Assembly: GCA_021774955.1 (NCBI GenBank)
Contig: JAJFIN010000106.1
Location: forward strand, 1 to 43,815
Direction of reading: 5' to 3'
Length of the DNA: 43,815 bases
Origin: Alphaproteobacteria bacterium
GTDB taxonomy: Bacteria; Pseudomonadota; Alphaproteobacteria; M2410
In this document: positions 36,081 through 43,815 of the stretch, piece after piece
Numbering within the stretch: the stretch's first letter is position 1
Layout: each line of letters starts with the position of its first letter
Translations under genes and position numbers: made by a program
Notes under the pieces: model-generated
What the model saw: the letters and a program-made list of their open reading frames with translations, nothing else
What the model was told of the DNA's origin: nothing
Database searches by the model: none

Positions 36081-36947
36081 TTACCTGCGAAATCGAACCT
36101 CGTATGACGCTTCGAGTTCGGCGTCCTCATCAAGTTCGGCTTGATCAAGCTCATCGGGAGTATAGAGCACGGTAAGAGTTTTGCCGTAATCTCCGAGTCC
36201 TTTAACCTCCTCGTAGAGCTCTGTATCCCAGCCACTCTCAAACCACGAGGCAAGGTTTGTCGTGCCATTGACACGTTGGGCAGACTTCACATTGTTTGCG
36301 TCTAAATTGAATCGTTCGGTTGCAGTACCTCCTGGCACTAGCTGCCCCTTCCTGATCCATTGTAGCCCGTCCAGTTCCCGAAGCGAGTCGGACATAAAGC
36401 CATATTCAATGTGCTGCCCCTTGCTTACTACAATCGCGGTGGGAATTTTGGCAAGGGCTGCATAGCGAATAGCAGTAGCTGGCAGTGAGGTCTCACATTT
36501 TATGGAGAGCGCTTCGACCGCATCAAGGCCATCTCCCATATACTTCAGTTCTTTTGAGCACAGATGCTCGGGCATCAGGAGACCTGCACTAAAGAAATCA
36601 GCTTCTTGTTCATACTTGTCATATGACGTAAATCCAGCGTGCGAATAGTGTGTAGTTTGTCCGTCTGCAAACAATTGTTCAATATGACCAGAAAGCATGT
36701 AATGCCCAAGCTCATGCCCAACGCAAAAATGCTGAAAGCCTTCGCTCTTAATGTGCGTAGCGTATACAATCGCAAATTCATTCCCCATACGCAGCAACAT
36801 ACCCGAGACGCCCTCTGATGAGGGTGGCTTGGCACACACCTCAATGTCCAAGCTTTGGGCAATTGCAATCGGATCTACCGGAAGCGCAGTGATCTTACGC
36901 TCCTTAATAAAATTCTCAGCAACATGGGCTGCAAGGTGTGGGAGCAT
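36081..36947 (-). CDS. ImmA/IrrE-family zinc metallopeptidase with C-terminal extension
   Basis: HEXXH motif VGHELGHYML plus EQEADFFSAGLLMP, typical of ImmA/IrrE. Its start abuts the stop of the upstream XRE gene. Confidence 0.8.
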   Translation of the reverse strand: MLPHLAAHVAENFIKERKITALPVDPIAIAQSLDIEVCAKPPSSEGVSGMLLRMGNEFAIVYATHIKSEGFQHFCVGHELGHYMLSGHIEQLFADGQTTHYSHAGFTSYDKYEQEADFFSAGLLMPEHLCSKELKYMGDGLDAVEALSIKCETSLPATAIRYAALAKIPTAIVVSKGQHIEYGFMSDSLRELDGLQWIRKGQLVPGGTATERFNLDANNVKSAQRVNGTTNLASWFESGWDTELYEEVKGLGDYGKTLTVLYTPDELDQAELDEDAELEASYEVRFRR

Positions 36948-37306
36948 TAGTCTGCCGGGCCCCTCTGCGCATGGCTGCGTTTTTGCAACATCTCAAGTAT
37001 GTCAGTCGCTAGTTTTTGGTCTTCAGTCGTGAGGTTGTCAATGTCCCGATGCAACTGATCGGCTGTGGTAACTCCGGTAAACGTATTGGTACGCCCAAGC
37101 AGGAAATCAATCGTGACGTCTAATGCGTCCGCCAGCTTCCTTAGATTCTCAAATGAGGGCATACGGCCACCCGTTTCAAAATGTGATATGGCGGAAGCTT
37201 GAAGACCTGAACTGTCAGCAAGTTGCGCTTGGTTCAAGTGTCTATGGTCCCGCGCCGTTCGCAAGCGGTCAGCGAAAATTTTCCTGGTAGGGCTTGATTT
37301 GTCCAT
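36947..37306 (-). CDS. XRE-family HTH regulator (ImmR-like partner of ImmA)
   Basis: HTH segment LNQAQLADSSGLQASAISHFETGGRMPSFENLRKLADAL. Confidence 0.8.
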   Translation of the reverse strand: MDKSSPTRKIFADRLRTARDHRHLNQAQLADSSGLQASAISHFETGGRMPSFENLRKLADALDVTIDFLLGRTNTFTGVTTADQLHRDIDNLTTEDQKLATDILEMLQKRSHAQRGPAD

Positions 37307-37438
37307 GACGACTCCGTATATATAATGATGACGACTTCGTAGAGAGCGCTCGAAGTCCTTTTTTTCGTCTTCGAGCTATACGAAATCGTCATGTATTATA
37401 TGACGTTTATTAAATTCTGCAACACAACGGAGGTTGAA

Positions 37439-37699
37439 ATGGCAGATCGTGAAGTAAAACGTACTGGAAAAGATAGTGATGGTGACATTTTGTCACTTTG
37501 TAATAGCTCACAAGTCTGGTCGCCGCGCCGGAAGACAGATGCGATTAGGGATATTGAAAACTACGCCCACAGATATTTTGTCCAATGGTCCGATAAACGG
37601 ACCGAGATCCACGTGGTCAATGGCCCAACCGGCAAATATTTGCGGACTGATCGGGACAACACTACACGTAACAATTTGGATGACCTTCCGGATTGTTAG
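37439..37699 (+). CDS. DUF3892-like small protein
   Basis: Taking the start at the internal Met gives MADREVKRTGKDSDGDILSLCN...YLRTDRDNTTRNNLDDLPDC. This resembles the DUF3892 pattern (GDI..LCN, YLRT..D....NNL..LP.C) as I remember it. Confidence 0.6.
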   Translation: MADREVKRTGKDSDGDILSLCNSSQVWSPRRKTDAIRDIENYAHRYFVQWSDKRTEIHVVNGPTGKYLRTDRDNTTRNNLDDLPDC

Positions 37700-37821
37700 G
37701 TAGGCGTTCCAGTACATTCAGCTTTATGCGGGTGTTCTTTTGAGCCTGCCATACCCGCAAGAGCATGATGCTTATACACCTCGATGAGGATGAGTGGGAT
37801 ATTCGCAAGAGCCCAATCACT

Positions 37822-40560
37822 CTATTCTTTTTGTCCCGTAAGTGATTTTGCAATGAGACGCCCAACCGCTTCACGTCGGGCACGGGTCTCCTCTGGCGTT
37901 GTTGCGGTAAATGATCCTTGGACACGATATCCCTTAACGATTCGCTCCGTGGGTTGTGGTGTTGGTGCAAGAGATGCAATGTAATCGGGAATTTCTTCCG
38001 GCGTAAGGAATGAGACGTGTTCGCGCTCGTTTTCGGCAAGCGTTTCAAAGAGGGCTGTGCGATAGCTTGTCTGAACTGTTTTCGATTTTGCAAGTACGAC
38101 CGCAATATTGGGATACCCAGCCGCAAGACATTTCCGGAGGTTGTCTTTTTCATACTCAATCGGAGTGGTAACTGATATCTCAACTGCCGCAAGCACCCTC
38201 TCCCGCTCAATGAGCACGTCCACCTGTCCATTTCCATTTGCAAGAGGCGCTTCAATGGTTGCTTTAAGCCCCACTTGCTCAGCAAGTTCTTTGACGAGCG
38301 CTTGCAAGTACCGGTGCTTTTGGCCACCCTTGCCAAGTGTACGCTCCTCATATGCATGCCTCTCTGCACGCGCGTGGTGCAATTCAGTGGAGGTCTCCGG
38401 TACGGCAGCATCACCACCACTGAGCTCAGCTGTATGAGTTATCTTAGCACGCGCGGTATGGGGTGATTCGGTACGCGCTTCGTCTATCGTCTCTTGTTGC
38501 TCGACCGTTGTTGTTTCTTCTTTGACTATTGTATCGACGGTTGTTGATACAGGAAATGCTGCTGCAATATCGGCAATTGTTCCGCAATAGAGACTGCGAT
38601 TCCTTGCAATGAGTGCATCATATTCTTCTTCGGTGAGCGTGGGCTGCCGCTCAAGAAAGCCAAGAGGAATCGACAAGCGAACTGCATGATGGGTGAGATG
38701 CTTCATCCACACCGCAAACTCCGTGCGCTGTCCACGGCGACGCATGTTTGCAATGAATTCGGGTGTTGTGTGCAGTTCTTCCGCAAGTACCTTTGCATCT
38801 TTTACTGACACACCGCCAACACACTTTGTGGAGGTGTTTGCCAAGAGTGTGGATCGTAGGCGCAGCGACAGCTGGTCTAGTATCTGGTGCGAAAGCGTAA
38901 GGCCAAGCCTATACTTGCGCGCCTGATTGAGAATCGTCTCGATCGAATCATCGAAATACTCGTGTGCCTCGTCAACATAGATGAATGCGGGATTTCGCCG
39001 ATATTCAGGGAGTATTGACCGCTCCAGAGCAGCTTGTGCCAGCATCGCAATCATAAACCGGCCAAGAAGTTGACTCCCATCTCGTTTGAGGAGTTCCTTA
39101 GCAGTACTCATCAAAATGATCTTGCCGTCATTCAGCGCCTCAAAGAGATCAAGCTTGTTGGTGGGCTGGAGGAACATGCGCTCGAACGCTGGTGTTGAAA
39201 GCACACCCCAGAGGCGCTTTACGATCTGCTTCTTCGTTGCAGAAAACGAGGGATCAAAGAATTCCTTTTCAAAGAAATACCGTGCCGAGCCGTCAAGCTG
39301 CTCCATATATGGCTTGAACACTTTACCGTTCTGCATCACTTCCATGAGCGTGTGGATCGTTGCACCAGGGATCTGAAGCATCAAGCGCGCGATGTATTTG
39401 AATATTACCCCCTGCCGCTGCGTGAGCTCTGCCCCAAGAAAGCTTGTGAAAAAGAGCTCGTAGAGTTCAATGACGCCATTGAATACCCGCTCCCGATCCC
39501 CAGGGTCGCATGACGAGAAGCGCTCAAGATGTGTGTCGAAAAGATTGAGTGACGCTGGATGCTCCACGTCTGCAGGGTCGATCAAGATGAGACGATCAGC
39601 AAGACTTCCCGGTTTCTCGGGAGAAAAGAGGTCAAGACGAACGAGTTTGTTGATGAGGTCGCCCTGGCTGTCGATTACCACCACTGAGCGTCCATCCTTT
39701 TGAGCGGCAACAAGGTCGGCGTGGATCATCTTCTGCATCAACTGGGTCTTGCCGTGGCCGGTGCCTCCTACAATATGGCAATGCTCGAATCGAAGATTCT
39801 CAGGGACATTAAATGGGATGGGGAGGTTCATAAGCGCTGCAAATGGCGTTCCGGCCAGATAGAAGTCGACAAGCTCTGCAGAGCTCTTCTTGTTTTGCCG
39901 CGTGGGCATCACGAACTTTTCTTGCCGCTCTCTTGGGTCATCAGTCGGTGGAAAGCCCGATGCCACAAGCAGGTTCTGCCCGGTCACGTATCTGAAATTC
40001 GGAAAGAGATCGAGCGCGAGCACATTGGTAGTTTGCGGAAACTTCAATATTTCTTCAATCGTCTGAGCGGGGTCTGCCAGGAGGTCCACGAGCGGTACAC
40101 CAAAAGCATCGTGCTCATCGTCCCACGTCGCAAAGCAGCTCTCGGGGAGTGCTTGAACAAAGTCCTTGAAGAGCGCTTCAAGCGGGCCGCTCGCAAACTC
40201 GTACATGCTCTTAAAATTTTTTGCCCAGCGTCTGCGGTGTTTGACCATTTCCCGAAATTGAACCGCAGCGTCCACGTCACTTTCAACGACATCCCATAGC
40301 ACTTCAATATCATTGATGCATTCGGCGTCAAGAAGCTCCTCAGCAACATCGCATAGTGCAAGTAGGATTGGTGTTGCAGGCGTACGCTCAGCGCCAGTCA
40401 TTGCCTTCTTTACAAGATCTGCTGCAAGGCTCGTCAGGTCGCACTTTGATGCCGGGGAGGCACGCCAGAGAACCTGCGTCTTTTTCCACTCTCTGCGGTT
40501 ATCTCTAAGCTCCCGACGCCTGGTGCCTCCGAGAAGGAAATTGGTCAAGTTGTTGGACAT
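37822..40560 (-). CDS. FtsK/HerA/TraG-superfamily P-loop ATPase fused to a C-terminal PD-(D/E)XK-like domain
   Basis: 912 aa. Walker A HIVGGTGHGKTQ, VVVIDSQGD, Walker B-like FIYVDEAHEYF. The C-terminal segment is GGQKHRYLQALVKELAEQVGLKATIE...GQVDVLIERERVLAAVEISVTT...EKDNLRKCL. No TM helix was seen. Confidence 0.7.
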   Translation of the reverse strand: MSNNLTNFLLGGTRRRELRDNRREWKKTQVLWRASPASKCDLTSLAADLVKKAMTGAERTPATPILLALCDVAEELLDAECINDIEVLWDVVESDVDAAVQFREMVKHRRRWAKNFKSMYEFASGPLEALFKDFVQALPESCFATWDDEHDAFGVPLVDLLADPAQTIEEILKFPQTTNVLALDLFPNFRYVTGQNLLVASGFPPTDDPRERQEKFVMPTRQNKKSSAELVDFYLAGTPFAALMNLPIPFNVPENLRFEHCHIVGGTGHGKTQLMQKMIHADLVAAQKDGRSVVVIDSQGDLINKLVRLDLFSPEKPGSLADRLILIDPADVEHPASLNLFDTHLERFSSCDPGDRERVFNGVIELYELFFTSFLGAELTQRQGVIFKYIARLMLQIPGATIHTLMEVMQNGKVFKPYMEQLDGSARYFFEKEFFDPSFSATKKQIVKRLWGVLSTPAFERMFLQPTNKLDLFEALNDGKIILMSTAKELLKRDGSQLLGRFMIAMLAQAALERSILPEYRRNPAFIYVDEAHEYFDDSIETILNQARKYRLGLTLSHQILDQLSLRLRSTLLANTSTKCVGGVSVKDAKVLAEELHTTPEFIANMRRRGQRTEFAVWMKHLTHHAVRLSIPLGFLERQPTLTEEEYDALIARNRSLYCGTIADIAAAFPVSTTVDTIVKEETTTVEQQETIDEARTESPHTARAKITHTAELSGGDAAVPETSTELHHARAERHAYEERTLGKGGQKHRYLQALVKELAEQVGLKATIEAPLANGNGQVDVLIERERVLAAVEISVTTPIEYEKDNLRKCLAAGYPNIAVVLAKSKTVQTSYRTALFETLAENEREHVSFLTPEEIPDYIASLAPTPQPTERIVKGYRVQGSFTATTPEETRARREAVGRLIAKSLTGQKE

Positions 40561-40565
40561 GTCTT

Positions 40566-40943
40566 CTAGATAGGAATAACCTCCTCACCTCCAAACTGGG
40601 CGGCTGCTCTGAGCACCTGGCCGAATGTCTGCGCCGCCTCTTTGATATGTGCCTCGATACCAAGCATCTCAATGATGTCTTTGCATTCAATGCGCTTTCC
40701 GTGTTGCAGGTCTTTCACACTGAGGGAAAGATTGGTCGCTCGAAAGAATACTCTTGAGAGGAGGCCAAGAAGCCCGGATCCACGATTCGCTAACACGCTC
40801 TTTTGATAGAGCATCGTGTTACCCAGCTTATATTTGGATATGTGCGTTTGCTCCTCACCAGAGAGTTCTGCCCGAACTTCAATGGTGAAGATCGGCTTGC
40901 CGATCACACTTGTGCGTTGGTTGCGGCGGATAAGTAGTTTCAT
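40566..40943 (-). CDS. Small hypothetical protein, upstream partner of the ATPase-nuclease gene
   Basis: The start is taken at the internal Met (MKLLIRRNQ...) with AAGGAA upstream. There is a 5-nt gap to the ATPase start. No recognisable family. Confidence 0.5.
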   Translation of the reverse strand: MKLLIRRNQRTSVIGKPIFTIEVRAELSGEEQTHISKYKLGNTMLYQKSVLANRGSGLLGLLSRVFFRATNLSLSVKDLQHGKRIECKDIIEMLGIEAHIKEAAQTFGQVLRAAAQFGGEEVIPI

Positions 40944-41658
40944 TGTAATTCCTTCGTTCTGCGTTCGGTACTCTGAGCCGCACGAACATGATCTCGTGTG
41001 GTTGATCGCCATGGCAGGCGCGAAGAATGATTCTGAATTGGCGAGACGCACATGCTATAGGGCACGCAGTTCCTATCCCTCACCAGCCTCTGGCAATGGT
41101 GCAGGTAGTCAGGATCTGCGAGAGAGGGTGCGCGTCGTTCGTTTGGTGATTGCATAAGTATCATTATGATTCATCAACCATACAATTAGCACGGGGCACG
41201 ATTATGCCAGGGCGGCTAGCTGATTCAAATGATAGCCCATAAAGTAGTAATAAACTCCTTAAGCAACTGCCAAGTTACCTCGATAAACTCGTGATAGTGT
41301 TCACCGATGAACTGTTCAGCGCTCCACCTGAGAGCAGTTCTCATGATAGATGGCTCGCTTAGCTGAATGCGAAACATGGTAAACAGTGGCCGTGCAAATA
41401 ATGCTTCAACCCAATGTCTTCGGCGAGGGTCCTGCATGTAGAGATGATGAATGAATACATAAACAGGGAGAAGGCGAGAGATTACGGCAACGCGGCAATG
41501 TTCAGAAATTGTGTGAAGGCTCTAATATGCTTAGTCGAGCACGATCTCAAACGAGCTGGCACCTGCTATCTCTGAGACGGCAGCCGAGGCGTGACGCCTT
41601 TCGGATGTATTGAATAGCATCGCAATAACTAACACCAACGCAGTGTATGAAGCATTTT

Positions 41659-42015
41659 TCAGTTCTTTGCACGTTGGGCGGCGCGCTTCTTACTCCTGCG
41701 AGACATCTTGTCTCCCGCTGTTTCAAGAACAATCCCCACAAAGGGAAGCGCAAGAAAGACAATAGTAAAGAACATTGCCGGGTTCGACCCATCAGGCTCT
41801 TCACTCTGTGAAAGTGTTATGAGCCACGTGGGGCTAAAAAGAAACAGATTCGCAGCCGCTATGATTGGCGTTGCAATCGCATAGGTACGCTCTCCAAAGA
41901 GCGCCCCCAGAGCAACGATCACCAATGCCAGAAAGGAGATGTAGGGGCCCGCTAGTGGAATGATTATTGAAAAAATCACAATAATGAACCCCACGATCCC
42001 GAGTCCTTGGCTCAT
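41659..42015 (-). CDS. Small membrane protein (3-4 TM helices)
   Basis: 118-aa ORF, strongly hydrophobic with a basic C-terminal tail. Confidence 0.5.
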   Translation of the reverse strand: MSQGLGIVGFIIVIFSIIIPLAGPYISFLALVIVALGALFGERTYAIATPIIAAANLFLFSPTWLITLSQSEEPDGSNPAMFFTIVFLALPFVGIVLETAGDKMSRRSKKRAAQRAKN

Positions 42016-42084
42016 GAGTCTACTCCCCGCTTTTGTTTCAAGTGGATGCCAGAGCTATATCCAGCAGTCTTTAGAGAGTCCACT

Positions 42085-42103
42085 ATAGTCGAATTTCGAC
42101 TAT
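42085..42103. promoter_or_regulatory. Perfect 9-1-9 palindrome, candidate operator
   Basis: ATAGTCGAA-T-TTCGACTAT lies between divergent genes, just upstream of the XRE-type gene. Confidence 0.5.
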
Positions 42104-42156
42104 TCGTAAATCGACTTTATGGCTGTTTTGGTGAACCAAATTTCCCGAGGCAGTCC

Positions 42157-42426
42157 ATGCTCAAAGCGGCACTTAGCAAGGAATACGAAGCGTTTCAGCG
42201 TATTCTCCGCGAAACGCGGAAGAAGCATGGTCTTACCCAGTTGGACGTGGCAGAGCGGCTTGGCATGGGTATAACCCAAAGCGACGTGTCAAAGATCGAG
42301 CGCGGTGAACGGCGTTTGGACGTGGCCGAATTTGTCCTGTTCGTCCGAGCGCTTGGTGTCCCTCCCCAAGCGGTGCTTGCAGAGTTCGAACGGGCCATAC
42401 CCGAGCGACCCCTGACAAGGTCTTAA
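42157..42426 (+). CDS. XRE-family HTH protein
   Basis: The start is taken at the internal Met 42157. The HTH is LTQLDVAERLGMGITQSDVSKIERGERRL. Confidence 0.7.
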   Translation: MLKAALSKEYEAFQRILRETRKKHGLTQLDVAERLGMGITQSDVSKIERGERRLDVAEFVLFVRALGVPPQAVLAEFERAIPERPLTRS

Positions 42427-42609
42427 CCCGTGCCAGAACGAAGGTGTCTATTGAGGTGAGGGGACGACAGAATCTTGAAGTTCTCTGATGTACCATGCTG
42501 CGATACCCGTATCCGACATCAATGTATGGCGAAGTGCCAACCAGCTGATCGGTCAACTTTCCGATACCGATGAGTTTTTGGTGGGCACACGGGTGCATGA
42601 TGTCTGTCG

Positions 42610-43368
42610 TCATGTTTTTTCGCTTAAAAGAGCCGCCAATCGGCTGTTGAGCTGCAGCATTTCATGCCGAAGCGCCCGGATCTCCGTTTCCTGAGTGTCT
42701 TCGCCAGCCACGACAAAATATGATGCTATGAGACCCGTGAAAGTGCCGAATAGGCCTACGCCAGTTGTCATGAGGACGGCGGCCACCATACGCCCTTCCC
42801 AGCTCACCGGGTAATAGTCTCCATACCCCACCGTGGTGATGGTTACAAAACTCCACCAAACCGCGTCTTCTGCATTGCGTATGTTTGATTCGCTAAATGG
42901 AGCCTCAAAAACCAGCACCGCGATTGAACCGAAAAAGACCATAAGCAAAGATACTGATAGAACGGAATAAACAGCGCTTTTGGTGGGATCCCGAAGAATA
43001 TGACGCAAGAGAATCTTGACCGCTTTAAAACTGCGGACAACCTTAAACAGTTTAAGAATTCGTATAAGTCGCAAACCTCTTAGCGGATCGACTGTTGGAA
43101 TTGACGCTAATAAATCGATCCAGCCCCATTTCATGAAGTCCAATTTATTGTCGGCGCGGATAAAACGATAAATGAAATCAAAGAAGAATATCCCGCATAC
43201 GACCCAGTCGATACGATCTAAGAGAATATCAAGTTCAGCGTCTATCGGAATGGTTACCTGGACAGCCAGAGCGATGAGGGAATAGATCGAAAGAATGACG
43301 ATCAATAGTTCCAGGAGAGTAATTTCGTCAGATTCATTGCCGATCGATTGAATTTCACTATTTTTCAT
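42610..43368 (-). CDS. Ion-transport-family K+ channel (voltage-gated-like, 6TM type)
   Basis: Selectivity filter TTVGYGD and an S4-like basic segment LRLIRILKLFKVVRSFKAVKILLRH. Confidence 0.85.
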   Translation of the reverse strand: MKNSEIQSIGNESDEITLLELLIVILSIYSLIALAVQVTIPIDAELDILLDRIDWVVCGIFFFDFIYRFIRADNKLDFMKWGWIDLLASIPTVDPLRGLRLIRILKLFKVVRSFKAVKILLRHILRDPTKSAVYSVLSVSLLMVFFGSIAVLVFEAPFSESNIRNAEDAVWWSFVTITTVGYGDYYPVSWEGRMVAAVLMTTGVGLFGTFTGLIASYFVVAGEDTQETEIRALRHEMLQLNSRLAALLSEKT

Positions 43369-43815
43369 TGCTCCACCTTCAGTTGTTGAAGCGAAGCGTA
43401 GCCATGTTTTCCTGATACTTCAATTTACTGAATCTGGTGCGTGCTCACCAATTCAGTTGTCCCACCAACCCCATCCTATGCCTCCGACAAAACCATCGGA
43501 ACCAGAGCACATAAAGAAGCATGGACCGTCAGAGCATCGATCATGAGGAGATCAGAATATTATCTTGACAGCAACATACGGATTAAAGAAGGGACAACAG
43601 CCTACCCTGAGGCAATAGCAGGAGAAATCAGCAAAACGAGGAACCCAAACGCAGATAGCAATGCTTGCATCATGATCTCCTTCATAGCCCATTATCACAG
43701 CTAGCAGATATTCCTCAGAAAACATAAAACTACCCTTACGTGTGAATATTTAAAAACGGGGTTTAAAAGCAAGTGAAAATCAATTTTCCCCAGCCTTTAA
43801 AGCATTTGAATTACA

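Noticed and set aside
37662-40299. ORFs 37662-38420 (minus, other frame), 38108-38437, 39086-39376 and 39700-40299 (plus)
   Set aside because: All lie within or antisense to the 912-aa ATPase gene, which has coherent Walker motifs. Their translations are low-complexity.
41225-41437. 70-aa minus-strand ORF in the gap after the ATPase operon
   Set aside because: It has no recognisable family, ribosome-binding site or partner. It may be real, but I cannot support it from sequence alone.
11703-43815. Whether the island is a prophage or a complete ICE
   Set aside because: No capsid, tail, terminase, portal or lysis genes are recognisable, and neither are a relaxase or mating-pore genes. Only recombinases, regulators and cargo cassettes are present in the window.

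Overview
The window splits into two parts. Positions 1-7680 are a G+C-rich alphaproteobacterial-type core: rph 3' end, rdgB, hemW, an lpoA-like lipoprotein gene, rsmI, yraN, a BON-domain lipoprotein gene, gshB and the 5' part of comM. comM is then interrupted twice. First, a 3.9-kb IS1595-family transposon (7681-11573) has 22-bp terminal inverted repeats and a 10-bp target duplication. It carries passenger genes and a Leu-type class II tRNA whose anticodon reads UUA, which would make it an ochre suppressor. Second, after a 130-bp comM middle fragment, a visibly A+T-richer island starts at about 11703 with a large serine recombinase and runs past the end of the window, so the comM 3' part is never seen. 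The island looks like a chain of small cassettes. They include two large serine recombinases, XRE/ImmA-type regulators, a PHP-ABC ATPase of PplA-like architecture, a membrane-anchored helical-repeat protein, three hydrolase plus membrane-protein pairs, an FtsK/HerA/TraG-like ATPase fused to a nuclease-like domain, and a K+ channel. The best candidate for an undescribed system is the translationally coupled four-gene operon at 13480-18293. It encodes a DEDDy exonuclease/RNase-H-fold/P-loop kinase fusion, a short PurA/PurZ-like adenylosuccinate-synthetase homologue, a membrane-anchored dCTP-deaminase/dUTPase-fold protein and an unknown protein. I cannot match this combination to any named system. 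Three clear copies (plus one weaker copy) of a ~117-bp structured repeat sit between island cassettes. All family assignments come from motif recognition by eye, and no searches were run.
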